Assembly (NCBI GenBank): GCA_965279035.1
Contig: OZ257142.1
Span: 2,944,001-3,008,000, forward strand
DNA: 64,000 bases
DNA from: Bacteroidia bacterium
Lineage (GTDB): Bacteria > Bacteroidota > Bacteroidia > M30B66
Reading direction: 5' to 3'
This document shows, piece after piece, positions 29,579-40,115 of this stretch. Within the stretch, counting starts at the first letter, position 1. Each line of letters begins with the position of its first letter. The notes under the pieces were generated by a model, which worked only from the letters and a program-made list of their open reading frames with translations, had not been told where the DNA came from and ran no database searches. The position numbers and the translations under genes are program-made.

Positions 29579-31234
29579 TTAGGAACGACTAGAAGGATGG
29601 TTCATTAGATTCAATTCGGCGATGTTCTTGATTCGATTTCGTTCCAAGAATTCATCAATGGTTTCAAGGTGTTCTATCACCCGTTTATCCTTGAATTCGA
29701 ATACTTTCTTAGCCAATCCCATCAAAAAGGCACGATCGTGAGAAACTAGAATCAAGGTTCCATCAAAATCGAGTAGTGCTTCCTTCAAAACATCCTTCGA
29801 TTTTAGATCGAGGTGATTGGTTGGCTCATCCAGAATAAGCAGATTCACCGGCTCAAGCAGAAGTTTGACCATTGCCAAACGTGTGCGTTCTCCACCCGAT
29901 AAGACAGACACTTTCTTATTGATATCATCGCCACTAAACATGAAACGCCCAAGCATATTCTTGACTTGAGTTCGAATATCACCTTCGGCAACTTGATCTA
30001 CCGTTTCGAAAACCGTAAGCGTAGGATCGAGCAATGTCGCTTGATTTTGAGCAAAATATCCCACTTTCACATTGTGACCCAAATGCACTTGTCCTTCCAC
30101 TTCCAATTCGCCTAAAATGGCTTTTATCATGGTGGATTTACCTTCCCCATTTCGTCCGACAAAAGCTACTTTTTCACCACGGGTAATGGACATATTCGCT
30201 TGATTGAAAATCACCTGATCACCATACGATTTCGACACATCGCGAACGGTAACTGGATGTTCTCCTGAACGTGGTGAGGGTGGAAATCTCAAACGTAAAG
30301 CAGCTGTTTCCACTTCGTCAATTTCGATGATATCTAATTTTTCCAACATCCGCTCTCGTGATGAAACCTGATTTGTTTTGGAATACGTGCCTTTGAAACG
30401 TTCGATAAAAGCCATGTTATCGGCAATAATCTTTTGCTGTTCCTGCCAAGCTTTAACTTGATGCGATCGTCGTTCTTCACGCAGTTGCAGATAATGTGTG
30501 TAATTAGCTTTGTAATCGTACATCCGCCCCATCGTGATTTCGATTGTACGGTTGGTGATATTATCGATAAATGCCTTGTCGTGCGAAATAACTAAAACAG
30601 CATTCGCTTTATTCACCAAGAAATCCTCTAACCACATTACCGATTCAATGTCGATGTGATTCGTAGGCTCATCCAACAAAATTAAATCGGGTTTTTTGAG
30701 GAGGATTTTTGCCAATTCAATTCGCATTCTCCAACCACCGCTAAACTCACTTGTTGGACGATATAAATCTTCCTGCTTAAAGCCAAGTCCTTTCAGAGCT
30801 TTTTCTACTTCTGCGTCGTAATTAACCTCTTCAAGTGCATAGTATTTCTCAGATAAATCCGACACCCGTTCGATGATTTGCATGTATTCTTTGCTCTCGT
30901 AATCAGTACGCGTTTCGAGTTCTTTATTGAGAAATTCCATCTCATCGCGCATCGCAAACACATGACTAAACGCCTTAGCTGCTTCGTCGAAAACAGTTGT
31001 ATTATCTTCGGTCAATAAATGCTGAGGTAGATAGGCTATAACTGCTTCTTTAGGAGCCCGAACAGCACCACGAGTAGCATTTGATTCGCCTGCAATAATT
31101 TTCATTATGGTTGATTTCCCTGCCCCGTTTTTACCCATGAGGGCAATTTTATCAGTTGGGTTGATGGCGAAGGAAATACCGCTGAATAAGGTTTTACCCG
31201 TGTATTCTACTGTTAGATTGTCGACCGTGATCAT
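29579..31234 (-). CDS. ABC-F family ATP-binding protein
   Basis: Two ABC domains (GKNGAGKS/FSGGW/LDEPTNH; GRNGEGKS/LSGGE), no TM; likely start MITVDN. Confidence 0.93.
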   Translation of the reverse strand: MITVDNLTVEYTGKTLFSGISFAINPTDKIALMGKNGAGKSTIMKIIAGESNATRGAVRAPKEAVIAYLPQHLLTEDNTTVFDEAAKAFSHVFAMRDEMEFLNKELETRTDYESKEYMQIIERVSDLSEKYYALEEVNYDAEVEKALKGLGFKQEDLYRPTSEFSGGWRMRIELAKILLKKPDLILLDEPTNHIDIESVMWLEDFLVNKANAVLVISHDKAFIDNITNRTIEITMGRMYDYKANYTHYLQLREERRSHQVKAWQEQQKIIADNMAFIERFKGTYSKTNQVSSRERMLEKLDIIEIDEVETAALRLRFPPSPRSGEHPVTVRDVSKSYGDQVIFNQANMSITRGEKVAFVGRNGEGKSTMIKAILGELEVEGQVHLGHNVKVGYFAQNQATLLDPTLTVFETVDQVAEGDIRTQVKNMLGRFMFSGDDINKKVSVLSGGERTRLAMVKLLLEPVNLLILDEPTNHLDLKSKDVLKEALLDFDGTLILVSHDRAFLMGLAKKVFEFKDKRVIEHLETIDEFLERNRIKNIAELNLMNHPSSRS

Positions 31235-31269
31235 ATTGAAAAGATGGGCGGCAAAAGTAAACAAATAGG

Positions 31270-31336
31270 AAGTACTAAGTATAGAGTAGAAAGTATAGAG
31301 TAATATGTATAAAGTGGAAAGTGGAAAGTGGAAAGT
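31270..31336. repeat. Degenerate heptamer tandem tract (AAGTGGA/AAGTATA), continued at 32775-32810
   Basis: AAAGTGGAAAGTGGAAAGTGGAAAGT; interrupted by the IS3 element. Confidence 0.65.
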
Positions 31337-31440
31337 TGTCCTTGCCTAAAATAGGTTGACTTTTTATTATCACTTTCTACTTTGTTAAAGTAGTTTATTG
31401 TTTGTTGTTTTAAGTTTCTTTTTTGGTTCTTTTTTCTTTG

Positions 31441-32307
31441 TTAAGAAGTTGTATTTCTGTTGATATTTCCTGAATTCCAGTTATATATGGTCATAGAAGG
31501 ATTTTGATTTCTTTGGTTATTCACTTTTTCATATTCAGTAGGTGTTAGCATGCCTAATTCACTGTGTGGTCGTTCATTATTGTAAAGATCCATTGCCTTT
31601 TTTGCCATCTCATTGAGATTGCTTTTGGTTAGATTCCATTGAAGTAAGTACTCGTTTTTTATGATGCCATTTATTCGTTCAACATAAGCATTTTCTTGTG
31701 CTATTGACGCCATACTGATTCGTATTCCTTTGCTTTTTAGCATCTCTTTATGCATCGTGCTGATGTATTGTGAACCTCGATCAGAATGAAAAATGCAATT
31801 ATCTAAATCGTGCCCTTTCCTTATTTTAAAGGCTTTTCTAAGTGCTTTGATATTTTCCTCCGCTCTTAAGCTTGGAGACAGATGTAGAGCTAATAAGCGC
31901 CTTGAATAGACATCTTCAATACAGATTCCATAATGATGTGCATGCTCTACATCGAGATAAAATATGTCAGATTGCCAAAGCATATTCACATCATTAATCG
32001 TTATTCCATTTATCAGATTGTCATATATCTCAACGCGTTGAGACCAAGTCGTTCGTATTGGATTTCTCTTCTTCTTAACCTTATATCCGTACCTAAAACC
32101 AATCCGCTCAAAAGCATCCCTACCTATTGGATGGCGTTGTGGATCCATAAAATAGATCTTTCTACAACCCATTTGGCGATGATTATGACGCACTTTTGAT
32201 ATGTAACGAACGATACTTTCTTCCACCTTTAATTGGTCGCGACTTCGTCTTTCACTCTTCCAAAGTGCTTGCTTACTAAGGCCTGCCACTTCTAACAGAC
32301 TCTTCAT
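31441..32307 (-). CDS. IS3 transposase OrfB
   Basis: WQSDI, FHSDRGSQY, ENAYVERINGIIKNE. Confidence 0.92.
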   Translation of the reverse strand: MKSLLEVAGLSKQALWKSERRSRDQLKVEESIVRYISKVRHNHRQMGCRKIYFMDPQRHPIGRDAFERIGFRYGYKVKKKRNPIRTTWSQRVEIYDNLINGITINDVNMLWQSDIFYLDVEHAHHYGICIEDVYSRRLLALHLSPSLRAEENIKALRKAFKIRKGHDLDNCIFHSDRGSQYISTMHKEMLKSKGIRISMASIAQENAYVERINGIIKNEYLLQWNLTKSNLNEMAKKAMDLYNNERPHSELGMLTPTEYEKVNNQRNQNPSMTIYNWNSGNINRNTTS

Positions 32308-32726
32308 TTTGTACCCGTGCTTTTGTCCTTTTGTGGATCGGAACCAGAGTAAGGCTGGTTTAATAAATTTTTTTTTAAATCAGTTTGGAACTCCTCATTT
32401 GCTAACTCAATGACCTTGCTCAATAAATCAAGTTCCATCTGTTTTCGGCCCAATGCGGCTTCCAATTCACGGATGCGCTGCTCAAGCTCTTTGCTTTTGT
32501 ATGATTCGCTTTGCACTTCCACTACTAAGATTTTTCCTCTCTTCAAATATCGACTATATTGATAAATCCATCGATAAACTGAAGTTATTGTTACTCCTAG
32601 TTCCTGGGCTACTTTAGATACTGAAGCCACTCCGGATTCAATATCCTTAACTGTTTGACGCTTTAATTCTTCACTAAAAACTCTTCGTGGCCGAATTACT
32701 TCTTTGCGATTTAAATGCTTTTTCAT
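32304..32726 (-). CDS. IS3 transposase OrfA
   Basis: RRVFSEELK...SVSKVAQELGV...VYRW; leucine zipper; ATGA overlap with orfB. Confidence 0.9.
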   Translation of the reverse strand: MKKHLNRKEVIRPRRVFSEELKRQTVKDIESGVASVSKVAQELGVTITSVYRWIYQYSRYLKRGKILVVEVQSESYKSKELEQRIRELEAALGRKQMELDLLSKVIELANEEFQTDLKKNLLNQPYSGSDPQKDKSTGTK

Positions 32727-32811
32727 GTCCCGTTTTTTAAGTTGATTTTGGTCAACCTATTTCAGTCACGGACAAGTGGAAATTAAAAAAGTAGAGAATG
32801 AGGAATAGGAT

Positions 32812-32846
32812 TGATAATAAAAGTCAACCTATTTTAGGCAAGGACA
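32812..32846. repeat. Orphan copy of the IS3 terminal inverted repeat
   Basis: Reverse complement of 31337-31372 apart from one base indel. Confidence 0.85.
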
Positions 32847-33314
32847 AGTATTTAAGAATATACAATTGCCTTATTAGATTTACTTAAACAACAAATAGTA
32901 TTGAAGGACAATCTACTATTAAAGCTGCATAAAAGGATTTATATAACATCCTTTACGATATTGATTTATGGGGATTGAAATAAAATCAATTACATTAATC
33001 CAGCATCGATTCTTCGTAAAGACAAATCGAGTTGTTCTAAAAATTGACGAAGCCGTTCACTAATAGGTTTTGATACACTAATCGTCTTATTCCCTGCTGA
33101 TTGATTGGAATAATTTTGATTATTCGATTGAGCGAATACAGAATGCAGTTCTGGATTTGAATTCCCTGAGCTTATCATATACAAAGTTCTTAGCGTATCC
33201 GTGTTGCATCTTGAGTTCGAAACGTCGATTTGGTTTAATTCGTATGTCGTAAAGAAAAATCTCGAAAAAAAGCCAACATTTACTCGATTTGATTCATTGG
33301 GCTGAAATTATACT

Positions 33315-33908
33315 ATGTGGCATTTATACCTTCTTGTTTTTCTTATTGCATTTTTATTTGATGTAGTTCCATTGCCATTGCCCCCTGCTTTTACAGCCAT
33401 GATATTTTTACAGATTTATTTTAAGCTGGATGTTTGGACGGTCATTTATTTTGGTGTTGCTGGTTCTGTATTAGGCAGATATATTCTCACTTTATACATT
33501 CCTCGTGTTGCTGGTACTTTATTTAATCCAGCTAAAAATGCTGATGTTCAATACCTTGGTAAAAAGTTAAAAGAAAAAAGTTGGAAAGGACATTTGGTCA
33601 TTTTCACGTATTCGCTTTTACCCTTACCAACAACACCTTTATTTATTGCAGGTGGAATGGCGAAAATGAAACCTTATCTCATTTTACCTGGATTTATTAT
33701 TGGGAAATTTATCAGTGATTCGATAAGTGTTTTTGCTGGAAAATATACTGCCGATAATTTACCTGAAATTTTTAGTGGAATTATTTCCTGGAAATCAATA
33801 ACATCAATCGTTGTTGGAATATTGCTCTTGTTTTCATTGCTTTTTATAAATTGGCGTGAGTTATTTCAGTCTAAAAAATTCAAACTCAATTTTAATATTT
33901 GGAAATAA
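33315..33908 (+). CDS. Membrane protein (DedA/VTT-like)
   Basis: Hydrophobic; GSVLGRY, LLPLPTTPLF. Confidence 0.65.
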   Translation: MWHLYLLVFLIAFLFDVVPLPLPPAFTAMIFLQIYFKLDVWTVIYFGVAGSVLGRYILTLYIPRVAGTLFNPAKNADVQYLGKKLKEKSWKGHLVIFTYSLLPLPTTPLFIAGGMAKMKPYLILPGFIIGKFISDSISVFAGKYTADNLPEIFSGIISWKSITSIVVGILLLFSLLFINWRELFQSKKFKLNFNIWK

Positions 33909-34326
33909 ACTACTTCTTCGATAAACAAGTTATTAGTAAGGCGGGTTGGCATCATCCTAAGACAACCTATCGTTAACCAAAAGCAATATTAATTTTAAAT
34001 AAATAGGCAGCCTTTCCTGCAAAAAAGTTTCAATCTCCCTTCCACTTCACTAATGACGATAATTTCCAACATTATAATTTTCCTTTCAGTAATGTTATCA
34101 AGGTAAGCCGTATAGTTAAGCACAAGGAGTGAAAAATTCTACGTAGATAAATTTCACTCGACAATTAAACATTCAGAAAACAAAATACCCCACTTTTCAG
34201 CGGTGTGTTTCCACGTTTCATCACATTTATAAACATCAATATTTAATCAATAAGTTGTTCAAAATAATTTTGACTAAATCTTAATATACTTACAATCAAC
34301 ACCATAAATATATTTTCAATACCTAA

Positions 34327-34359
34327 TTTGCAAATACATAATATTCTTATGTATGTTTG
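34327..34359 (+). promoter_or_regulatory. Promoter and palindromic operator of PadR gene
   Basis: TTTG-N21-TATGTTTG; ATACATAA-TATTC-TTATGTAT inverted repeat at 34334-34354. Confidence 0.7.
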
Positions 34360-34363
34360 TGTT

Positions 34364-34708
34364 ATGTATTCATCAGAGCTAATAAAAGGAACTTTAAAAA
34401 CGATAGTTCTAAAGTTGTTATCCGAAACAAAACATATGTACGGATATGAGATTACCCAAAAAGTAAAAGAGTTAACTGATTCTAAAATTGTTATAACAGA
34501 AGGTGCACTTTACCCTTTGCTTCATCAGCTGGAAGCTGAAGGAACAGTAACAACAGAAACGGTTAACATTGGAAAACGCGTAAGGAAATACTATACACTC
34601 ACTCAAACCGGAAATGAGCGGGCTAAAGAAAAGCTTTATGAATTTGCCGATTTCATTAACACAATGAATATTTTACTTGATCTCAAGCCAAGCGTAAAGT
34701 ATGTTTAG
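34364..34708 (+). CDS. PadR family transcriptional regulator
   Basis: LIKGTL, MYGYEI, EGALYPLLHQLE, RKYYTLT; ATG at 34364. Confidence 0.92.
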   Translation: MYSSELIKGTLKTIVLKLLSETKHMYGYEITQKVKELTDSKIVITEGALYPLLHQLEAEGTVTTETVNIGKRVRKYYTLTQTGNERAKEKLYEFADFINTMNILLDLKPSVKYV

Positions 34709-35954
34709 TTTAAACGATCAGCAAATCGCCTTTATTGAAAACGATATTAGAGTCAGGGGGATAACTTCTCCTGACTTAAATATCGATCTGTTGGATCATA
34801 TCTGTTGCTTAATTGAAAACAATCTGGATGAATGCAGGAACTTCGAAACGGTATATCAAGAAACTCTTTTGCTTTTTGGCGAAAAAGGATTGAAAGAAAT
34901 ACAAGAAGAAACAAATCGACTACTCACATTTAAACACTATTATATCATGAACTCAACAATGAAAATTAGTGGATACGCTTCATCATTGATGATATTATCT
35001 GGAGCATTTTTTAAATATAAACACTGGCCTGGAGATGACGCTTTAATGCAATTGGGAGTATTTATTCTTGCTGTACTTTTTTTACCATTGCTCTTTATTT
35101 TAAAATTTAAATCGAGTGCAGAAAATAACAGAAGTATTGTTTTAAGTATGATTGCCGGTGTTGCATCAGGTCTACTTTGTTTTGGTGTATTATTTAAAAT
35201 TATGCATTGGCCTTATGCAGAAATGTTGACTGTTTCTGGCTGTTTACTTCTAATCTTGGGTTACCTACCGATTTATTTTATTAGTATTTATAAAAACACA
35301 ACCAACAAAATAAATGCAACGGCAACGGTAATTATAATTATAGCTGGAGTGGGATTGTTTGTAGCTCAATCCAACTCCGGAATGTCAAGACCAGTATCAG
35401 ATAGTTTTTGGAGAGGGGTAACAGAAAGTGATCAGCTTTTATCTTTTATCAAAAAAGAGAATCAAACTTTTTATGAAAATGTAGATAAGAAAATTGTAAT
35501 TGAAGATTCTCCAAAATCAATGAATTCTATTCATCTTTTAAAATCAAAAACTGACGAGTTGGTTGATTATATTGATGAAATGAAAATAAAGGTAATTTCC
35601 GCTTCAGAACAAATCTCGGAAGAAGATGCCAGAAAAATTAAATTGGATGACTTGCGCTCATCAAGTGGAGAAGAAATTATTCATTCAATTTTGTTTGACA
35701 ATACTAATTCAAAGTATAGTGCTGTTGAATTGAAAAATAAAATTGAAAATTATAAGCAATTTGTTAATGCAAATTCGAGTTCAATTGATTTATCCATTTT
35801 AAAAACAGGAATGTTGAATATGAATGATGAACAAGTTTCCTGGGAACAATCCAATTTCGATCAGTTGCCAACAGCATTAGTTGTGTTTAATCTTATTCGA
35901 ATAGAGTTAGCTATAAAGAATATAGAGAGTGCGGTTTTAAGTCAATTAATTTAA
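34701..35954 (+). CDS. PadR-associated membrane protein with GldL/GldM-like segments
   Basis: LLDHICC N-terminal domain; repeated FK..HWP TM units; C-terminal SWEQSNFDQLP. Confidence 0.65.
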   Translation: MFSLNDQQIAFIENDIRVRGITSPDLNIDLLDHICCLIENNLDECRNFETVYQETLLLFGEKGLKEIQEETNRLLTFKHYYIMNSTMKISGYASSLMILSGAFFKYKHWPGDDALMQLGVFILAVLFLPLLFILKFKSSAENNRSIVLSMIAGVASGLLCFGVLFKIMHWPYAEMLTVSGCLLLILGYLPIYFISIYKNTTNKINATATVIIIIAGVGLFVAQSNSGMSRPVSDSFWRGVTESDQLLSFIKKENQTFYENVDKKIVIEDSPKSMNSIHLLKSKTDELVDYIDEMKIKVISASEQISEEDARKIKLDDLRSSSGEEIIHSILFDNTNSKYSAVELKNKIENYKQFVNANSSSIDLSILKTGMLNMNDEQVSWEQSNFDQLPTALVVFNLIRIELAIKNIESAVLSQLI

Positions 35955-36038
35955 AAATACCCTTCGGAAATACTCACTATAACAATTAGATAACAAGTTA
36001 CAGCATAAAATTCCCTTCTTTAAAACAAAACCTTCACA

Positions 36039-37850
36039 ATGAAAACCTCTCTTTTGTTAACTATCATTTTGCTATTTAGCTCGGTTGTTTTTTCCCAAAC
36101 AAATTATTCTTCCGAAACACTCGAAAAAATAAAAGAGGTCGAAAACAATATTACAGGAAGAATTATCCTTAATGATGACCAACCAAGCACGATTATAGAG
36201 CGGATGGCTAAATACAATTTAAAAGGCATGAGTATCGCGGTTATCCAAGATTACAAAATTGTTTGGGCAAAAGGTTATGGCTGGGCCGATGAGGAACAGA
36301 AAATACCTGTAACAACCGAAACCTTATTTGAACCAGGATCAATAAGTAAATCATTGAACGCTCTTGGCATTTTAAAATTAGCACAAGAAAAAAAAATTGA
36401 TCTTAATACTGACATTAATACCTATTTAACTTCCTGGAAATTCCCATACGATTCACTTTCAAAAGAAAAAAAAATAACATTAGCTCAGATACTTAGCCAT
36501 ACTGCAGGGTTATCAGTGCATGGTTTCCCTGGTCATGATATCAACGGACCAATTCCAACGGTGTTTGATGTTTTAGACGGAACAAAACCCGCTGTTACAC
36601 CTGCTGTCCGAAGTATGTTTGAACCCGGTTTAAGGTTTGAGTATTCAGGAGGAGGCACTACTATTTCGCAATTACTGCTTATGGATGTTACGAAGCAAGC
36701 ATATGCTACCTGGATGTATGAAAATGTTTTAAAACCAATCGGTATGGAAAATAGTTCTTTTGCACAGCCTCCTGCAAAAGATAAGCAATTGTTGTGCGCC
36801 TCGGGTTTCTATTCCGATGGCTCTCCTGTCTCAAACAAATTTCATGTTTACCCAGAGCAGGCAGCAGCAGGTTTGTGGATGACGCCAAGCGATCTATGTA
36901 ATTATATTATTGACATGCAATTGGCTTATCAGGGCAAACCATCTAAAGTATTGACACCTGAAATGGTAAAACTGCATTTAACAACTTATAATGACGGACC
37001 TACATCACTTGGTTCCTTTATTGAGGACCACAATGGAGCTAAATATTTTGAGCACGGAGCTGCCAATGATGGTTTTTGTGGAGACTTTTATGGCAGTTTA
37101 GAAGGCGGCTATGGTGTAGTTGTATTTTTAAATAAGGAAGATCAAAAAATTTTACCCGAAGTAATAAATAGTGTTGCGAAAGCATACAACTGGAAAAATT
37201 TTTATCACGAGCCAATAAGGAAAAAAAGCATCGAGCTTGACGATAAAACACTTAAGTCTTATGAAGGTATTTATTTATTTGATGATGGAACATGGGAAGC
37301 TATTACTAAAAGAGATGGCGAATATTATTACTATCTATCCCATACATATCTAAAAATGTATTATAGTGCTCCCACTGTTTTTTTTACTGAATTTTTCTCA
37401 GTTGCAAGAGAATTTTTAAAAGATGAAAAAGGAAACATACTTGGTTATACTAGCAATGTAGATGGTAATACAAATCCAAAAGCCACAAAGATTAGAAGTA
37501 CGGACACGTTAATGGGTTCAGTTGAATTTTTAAACGACATTGGGTGGTATTTGTTAGAAAATAAACAATACGATGTGGCATTGGAGTATATTAAACGTGG
37601 TTTACAGCTATACCCTAAGAACTTGCTTTTGGAAGGAAATCTTGCACATTGTTATTTATTTAAAAACGAATATGACAAGGCCATAGAAATTTACAAAAGA
37701 AATTTAACGCAAACTATTGAACCTTCTTTTTCGTGGGAGAATATGATAGAACAGGATTTTGAATTTTTTAAAGCAAACAAGTTCCCAACAGATCAGATGG
37801 ATAAAGTAAGTAGCGAATTAAAAATTAAAAAAACTATATCAAGCGAATAA
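36039..37850 (+). CDS. Serine hydrolase (beta-lactamase family) with C-terminal TPR
   Basis: SISK (SxxK), YSG, HGA motifs; TPR-like helices. Confidence 0.88.
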   Translation: MKTSLLLTIILLFSSVVFSQTNYSSETLEKIKEVENNITGRIILNDDQPSTIIERMAKYNLKGMSIAVIQDYKIVWAKGYGWADEEQKIPVTTETLFEPGSISKSLNALGILKLAQEKKIDLNTDINTYLTSWKFPYDSLSKEKKITLAQILSHTAGLSVHGFPGHDINGPIPTVFDVLDGTKPAVTPAVRSMFEPGLRFEYSGGGTTISQLLLMDVTKQAYATWMYENVLKPIGMENSSFAQPPAKDKQLLCASGFYSDGSPVSNKFHVYPEQAAAGLWMTPSDLCNYIIDMQLAYQGKPSKVLTPEMVKLHLTTYNDGPTSLGSFIEDHNGAKYFEHGAANDGFCGDFYGSLEGGYGVVVFLNKEDQKILPEVINSVAKAYNWKNFYHEPIRKKSIELDDKTLKSYEGIYLFDDGTWEAITKRDGEYYYYLSHTYLKMYYSAPTVFFTEFFSVAREFLKDEKGNILGYTSNVDGNTNPKATKIRSTDTLMGSVEFLNDIGWYLLENKQYDVALEYIKRGLQLYPKNLLLEGNLAHCYLFKNEYDKAIEIYKRNLTQTIEPSFSWENMIEQDFEFFKANKFPTDQMDKVSSELKIKKTISSE

Positions 37851-38225
37851 AGAAAGAGAAAAGAAATAGTGTAAGCTTCATAAAACGGGAAAGGCTGCAT
37901 AACCTTACTCGAATTGAATTAAAATAAATATCCCGTTTTGCCGAACGGGTTTTTTATTGTGAAAATTTATATGTAATGCAAAAAAATCATACTGCAAGGA
38001 CAGCTAAATTTTTCATAGCCAACTATGGAGCTTTGACTTGCCATCTTCTTCCTTGCATGTGTATGCGTAGTGTGAAAAGAGAAAGTTTCCCTTCACTCCT
38101 GTAAAAATTAAAACTGAGACCGCTCATGTCAAGACAACAAAGCAAAAAAAGAACATTTCGGAAAAGGTAACTATACTTCTCTGTAGACACATTAACGAAA
38201 GTAATAATACATCCGCCCAACTTAT

Positions 38226-38345
38226 AACAGCACACACCATCAAAGCCAAGCATTTCGGGAGTTTGAGGTATTCGTTTTACTTGTTATTTTCGTCTAATCT
38301 AAAGCATTCCATTCACCTCATTTGGCTATTATAGTGTGGAATGAC
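38226..38345 (+). repeat. attC-like repeat R7, solo and opposite in orientation to the array
   Basis: AACAGCACACACC...CATTTCGGGAGTTTGAGG...CGTCTAATCTAAAGCATT...TTTGGC is the reverse complement of R1-R6; distal end degenerate. Confidence 0.85.
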
Positions 38346-38464
38346 AGCATCTAATAAATTCCTATTATTTTTAATTGATTAGGTCCATTTGGTGAATTAG
38401 GAAAAATCAAACATTCTGGATTTTAGTACTGTTCATCCATTTCTACTTTAATCTTATTTGAATC

Positions 38465-39556
38465 CTATTCTACTGTTTCCCACCAAGAAGAATATGTCTT
38501 AAGTTCTTTTAATACACTCAATTCACCAATCATCGGATGAATAATAGGCATATTGAATTTTTTACTTTCAGCAAGTACACGTTTGATCGGTTCATCCCAC
38601 GCATGCATCGATAAACTGAATTTAGCCCAATGAACAGGAAGCAGCACTTCGGCTTTAAGATCGATTGCCGCAAGAACCACTTCTTCGGGCATCATGTGAA
38701 TATGACTCCAGTTTTTATTGTACTGCCCACATTCGAGTATGGCCAAATCGAATGGTCCATATTGTTCTCCTATTTCTTTAAAATGTGAATCATATCCACT
38801 ATCACCGCCAAGAAAAAGTGAGAAGCTAGGTGTTTTCAAAACATAGGAAGTCCATAAGCTGGATTGGCGCCGAATTCCTCTTCCAGAAAAATGCCGCGAA
38901 GGTGTGTAGAATATGTCAAAACCAGATTCAAGGGTATGCGATTGATGCCAATTTTTTTCCAAAATGATTTCCTTAGAAAATCCCCAATGTTCGAGGTGAG
39001 CACCAACACCGAGAGGACAAATCACTTTATTTACGCGTGGTAGAAGTGCTTTTACAGTTTTATAATCTAAATGATCCCAGTGATCGTGGGTAATGATTAG
39101 ATAATCGATATCCGGAATATCGGAAACCTGAAAGGCATCGCTTCCTTTGAAACTTCGCGTTGTAGAAGCAATGGGAGATGCTGTTCCATTGAGTACTGGA
39201 TCGATTAAAAATTTCTTCCCATCTACTTGAAGAAAATAGGAAGAATGTCCAAACCAAACGAGACAATTTTCATTGGGCGAAATTGATTTTAAATTGGTTT
39301 TGATTGTAGGAATTGGAGATGAAGGAACGCTACGTTTGTCTTTGTTTAAAAGGAAATCGCGCATAACCGAAAACACAGTTGCTCCATTCGTAAAATCGGG
39401 AGTTGGACTGCTATTTTGAAACTTTTTCTTCTGATAATTAGGAGATTGTTCTATTATATTTAATCGATCGCCTTGTGGATGTTTCCCAAAACGTTTGGTT
39501 TGAAGAAATGCATAAATGCCAATACAAAAAAGAATCGGTATTAGGAGATAGAACAT
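38465..39556 (-). CDS. MBL-fold metallo-hydrolase (RomA/NAPE-PLD-like)
   Basis: WFGHSS, THDHWDHLD, GGDSGY, PVHW. Confidence 0.9.
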   Translation of the reverse strand: MFYLLIPILFCIGIYAFLQTKRFGKHPQGDRLNIIEQSPNYQKKKFQNSSPTPDFTNGATVFSVMRDFLLNKDKRSVPSSPIPTIKTNLKSISPNENCLVWFGHSSYFLQVDGKKFLIDPVLNGTASPIASTTRSFKGSDAFQVSDIPDIDYLIITHDHWDHLDYKTVKALLPRVNKVICPLGVGAHLEHWGFSKEIILEKNWHQSHTLESGFDIFYTPSRHFSGRGIRRQSSLWTSYVLKTPSFSLFLGGDSGYDSHFKEIGEQYGPFDLAILECGQYNKNWSHIHMMPEEVVLAAIDLKAEVLLPVHWAKFSLSMHAWDEPIKRVLAESKKFNMPIIHPMIGELSVLKELKTYSSWWETVE

Positions 39557-39611
39557 TGAATATAATGTCTGTTAAAATGAGTGAATTAAAACAGTCATCA
39601 GTAAAAGAAGT

Positions 39612-40013
39612 TTAGCTTTTGGGTTGAAATAAATTTAAAGAAATAATTTCTTCCATGATTGGAATATCGGCTTCGGACCAATCGAGTTTTCTTAATTCAT
39701 TTTCATCACACCAACAATAGTGATCATGTTCCTGTAGTTTCAAATTGCCATGAATTATTTTTACTAAAAAAGGGATGAGTTGTATATGCATTGTTTCATA
39801 TCGATGCTCTACTGTTTTTAAAGATTGAATAATTTCAATATCGAGATTCAATTCTTCTTTTATTTCTCGTTGAATACACTGTTCTGCTGATTCTCCTAAT
39901 TCAATTTTACCACCTGGGAATTCCCATTTACCGGGCATGTTCATGTGAGCTGATCGGCGCACAGCAAAAACTTTATTTTCACATACTATAATGGCGCAAC
40001 AAACTCGAATCAT
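39612..40013 (-). CDS. NUDIX hydrolase (MutT-like)
   Basis: WEFPGGKIELGESAEQCIQREIKEEL. Confidence 0.9.
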   Translation of the reverse strand: MIRVCCAIIVCENKVFAVRRSAHMNMPGKWEFPGGKIELGESAEQCIQREIKEELNLDIEIIQSLKTVEHRYETMHIQLIPFLVKIIHGNLKLQEHDHYCWCDENELRKLDWSEADIPIMEEIISLNLFQPKS

Positions 40014-40115
40014 GGAATGATTTATAGGCTAAAAATAATATTTAGTGTTAATTTAAAAGGTTCTTGAACTATTTTAAATATTTATAAAAACGATTTAACG
40101 CAATACTTCCAAATA

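Larger units (their letters stand above)
31337..32774 (-). mobile_element. IS3 family element (1438 bp)
   Basis: TIRs TGTCCTTGCCTAAAATAGGTTGAC / GTCAACCTATTTCAGTCACGGACA; 3-bp duplication AGT. Confidence 0.92.

Noticed and set aside
32990-33184. 64-aa ORF
   Set aside because: No motif or context support; cannot be called either way.
38023-38253. 76-aa minus-strand ORF
   Set aside because: Starts inside repeat R7 and has no recognisable motif; likely spurious.
36039-39556. Antibiotic resistance calls for the serine hydrolase and MBL-fold genes
   Set aside because: Fold-level motifs only; both families are mostly not beta-lactamases.
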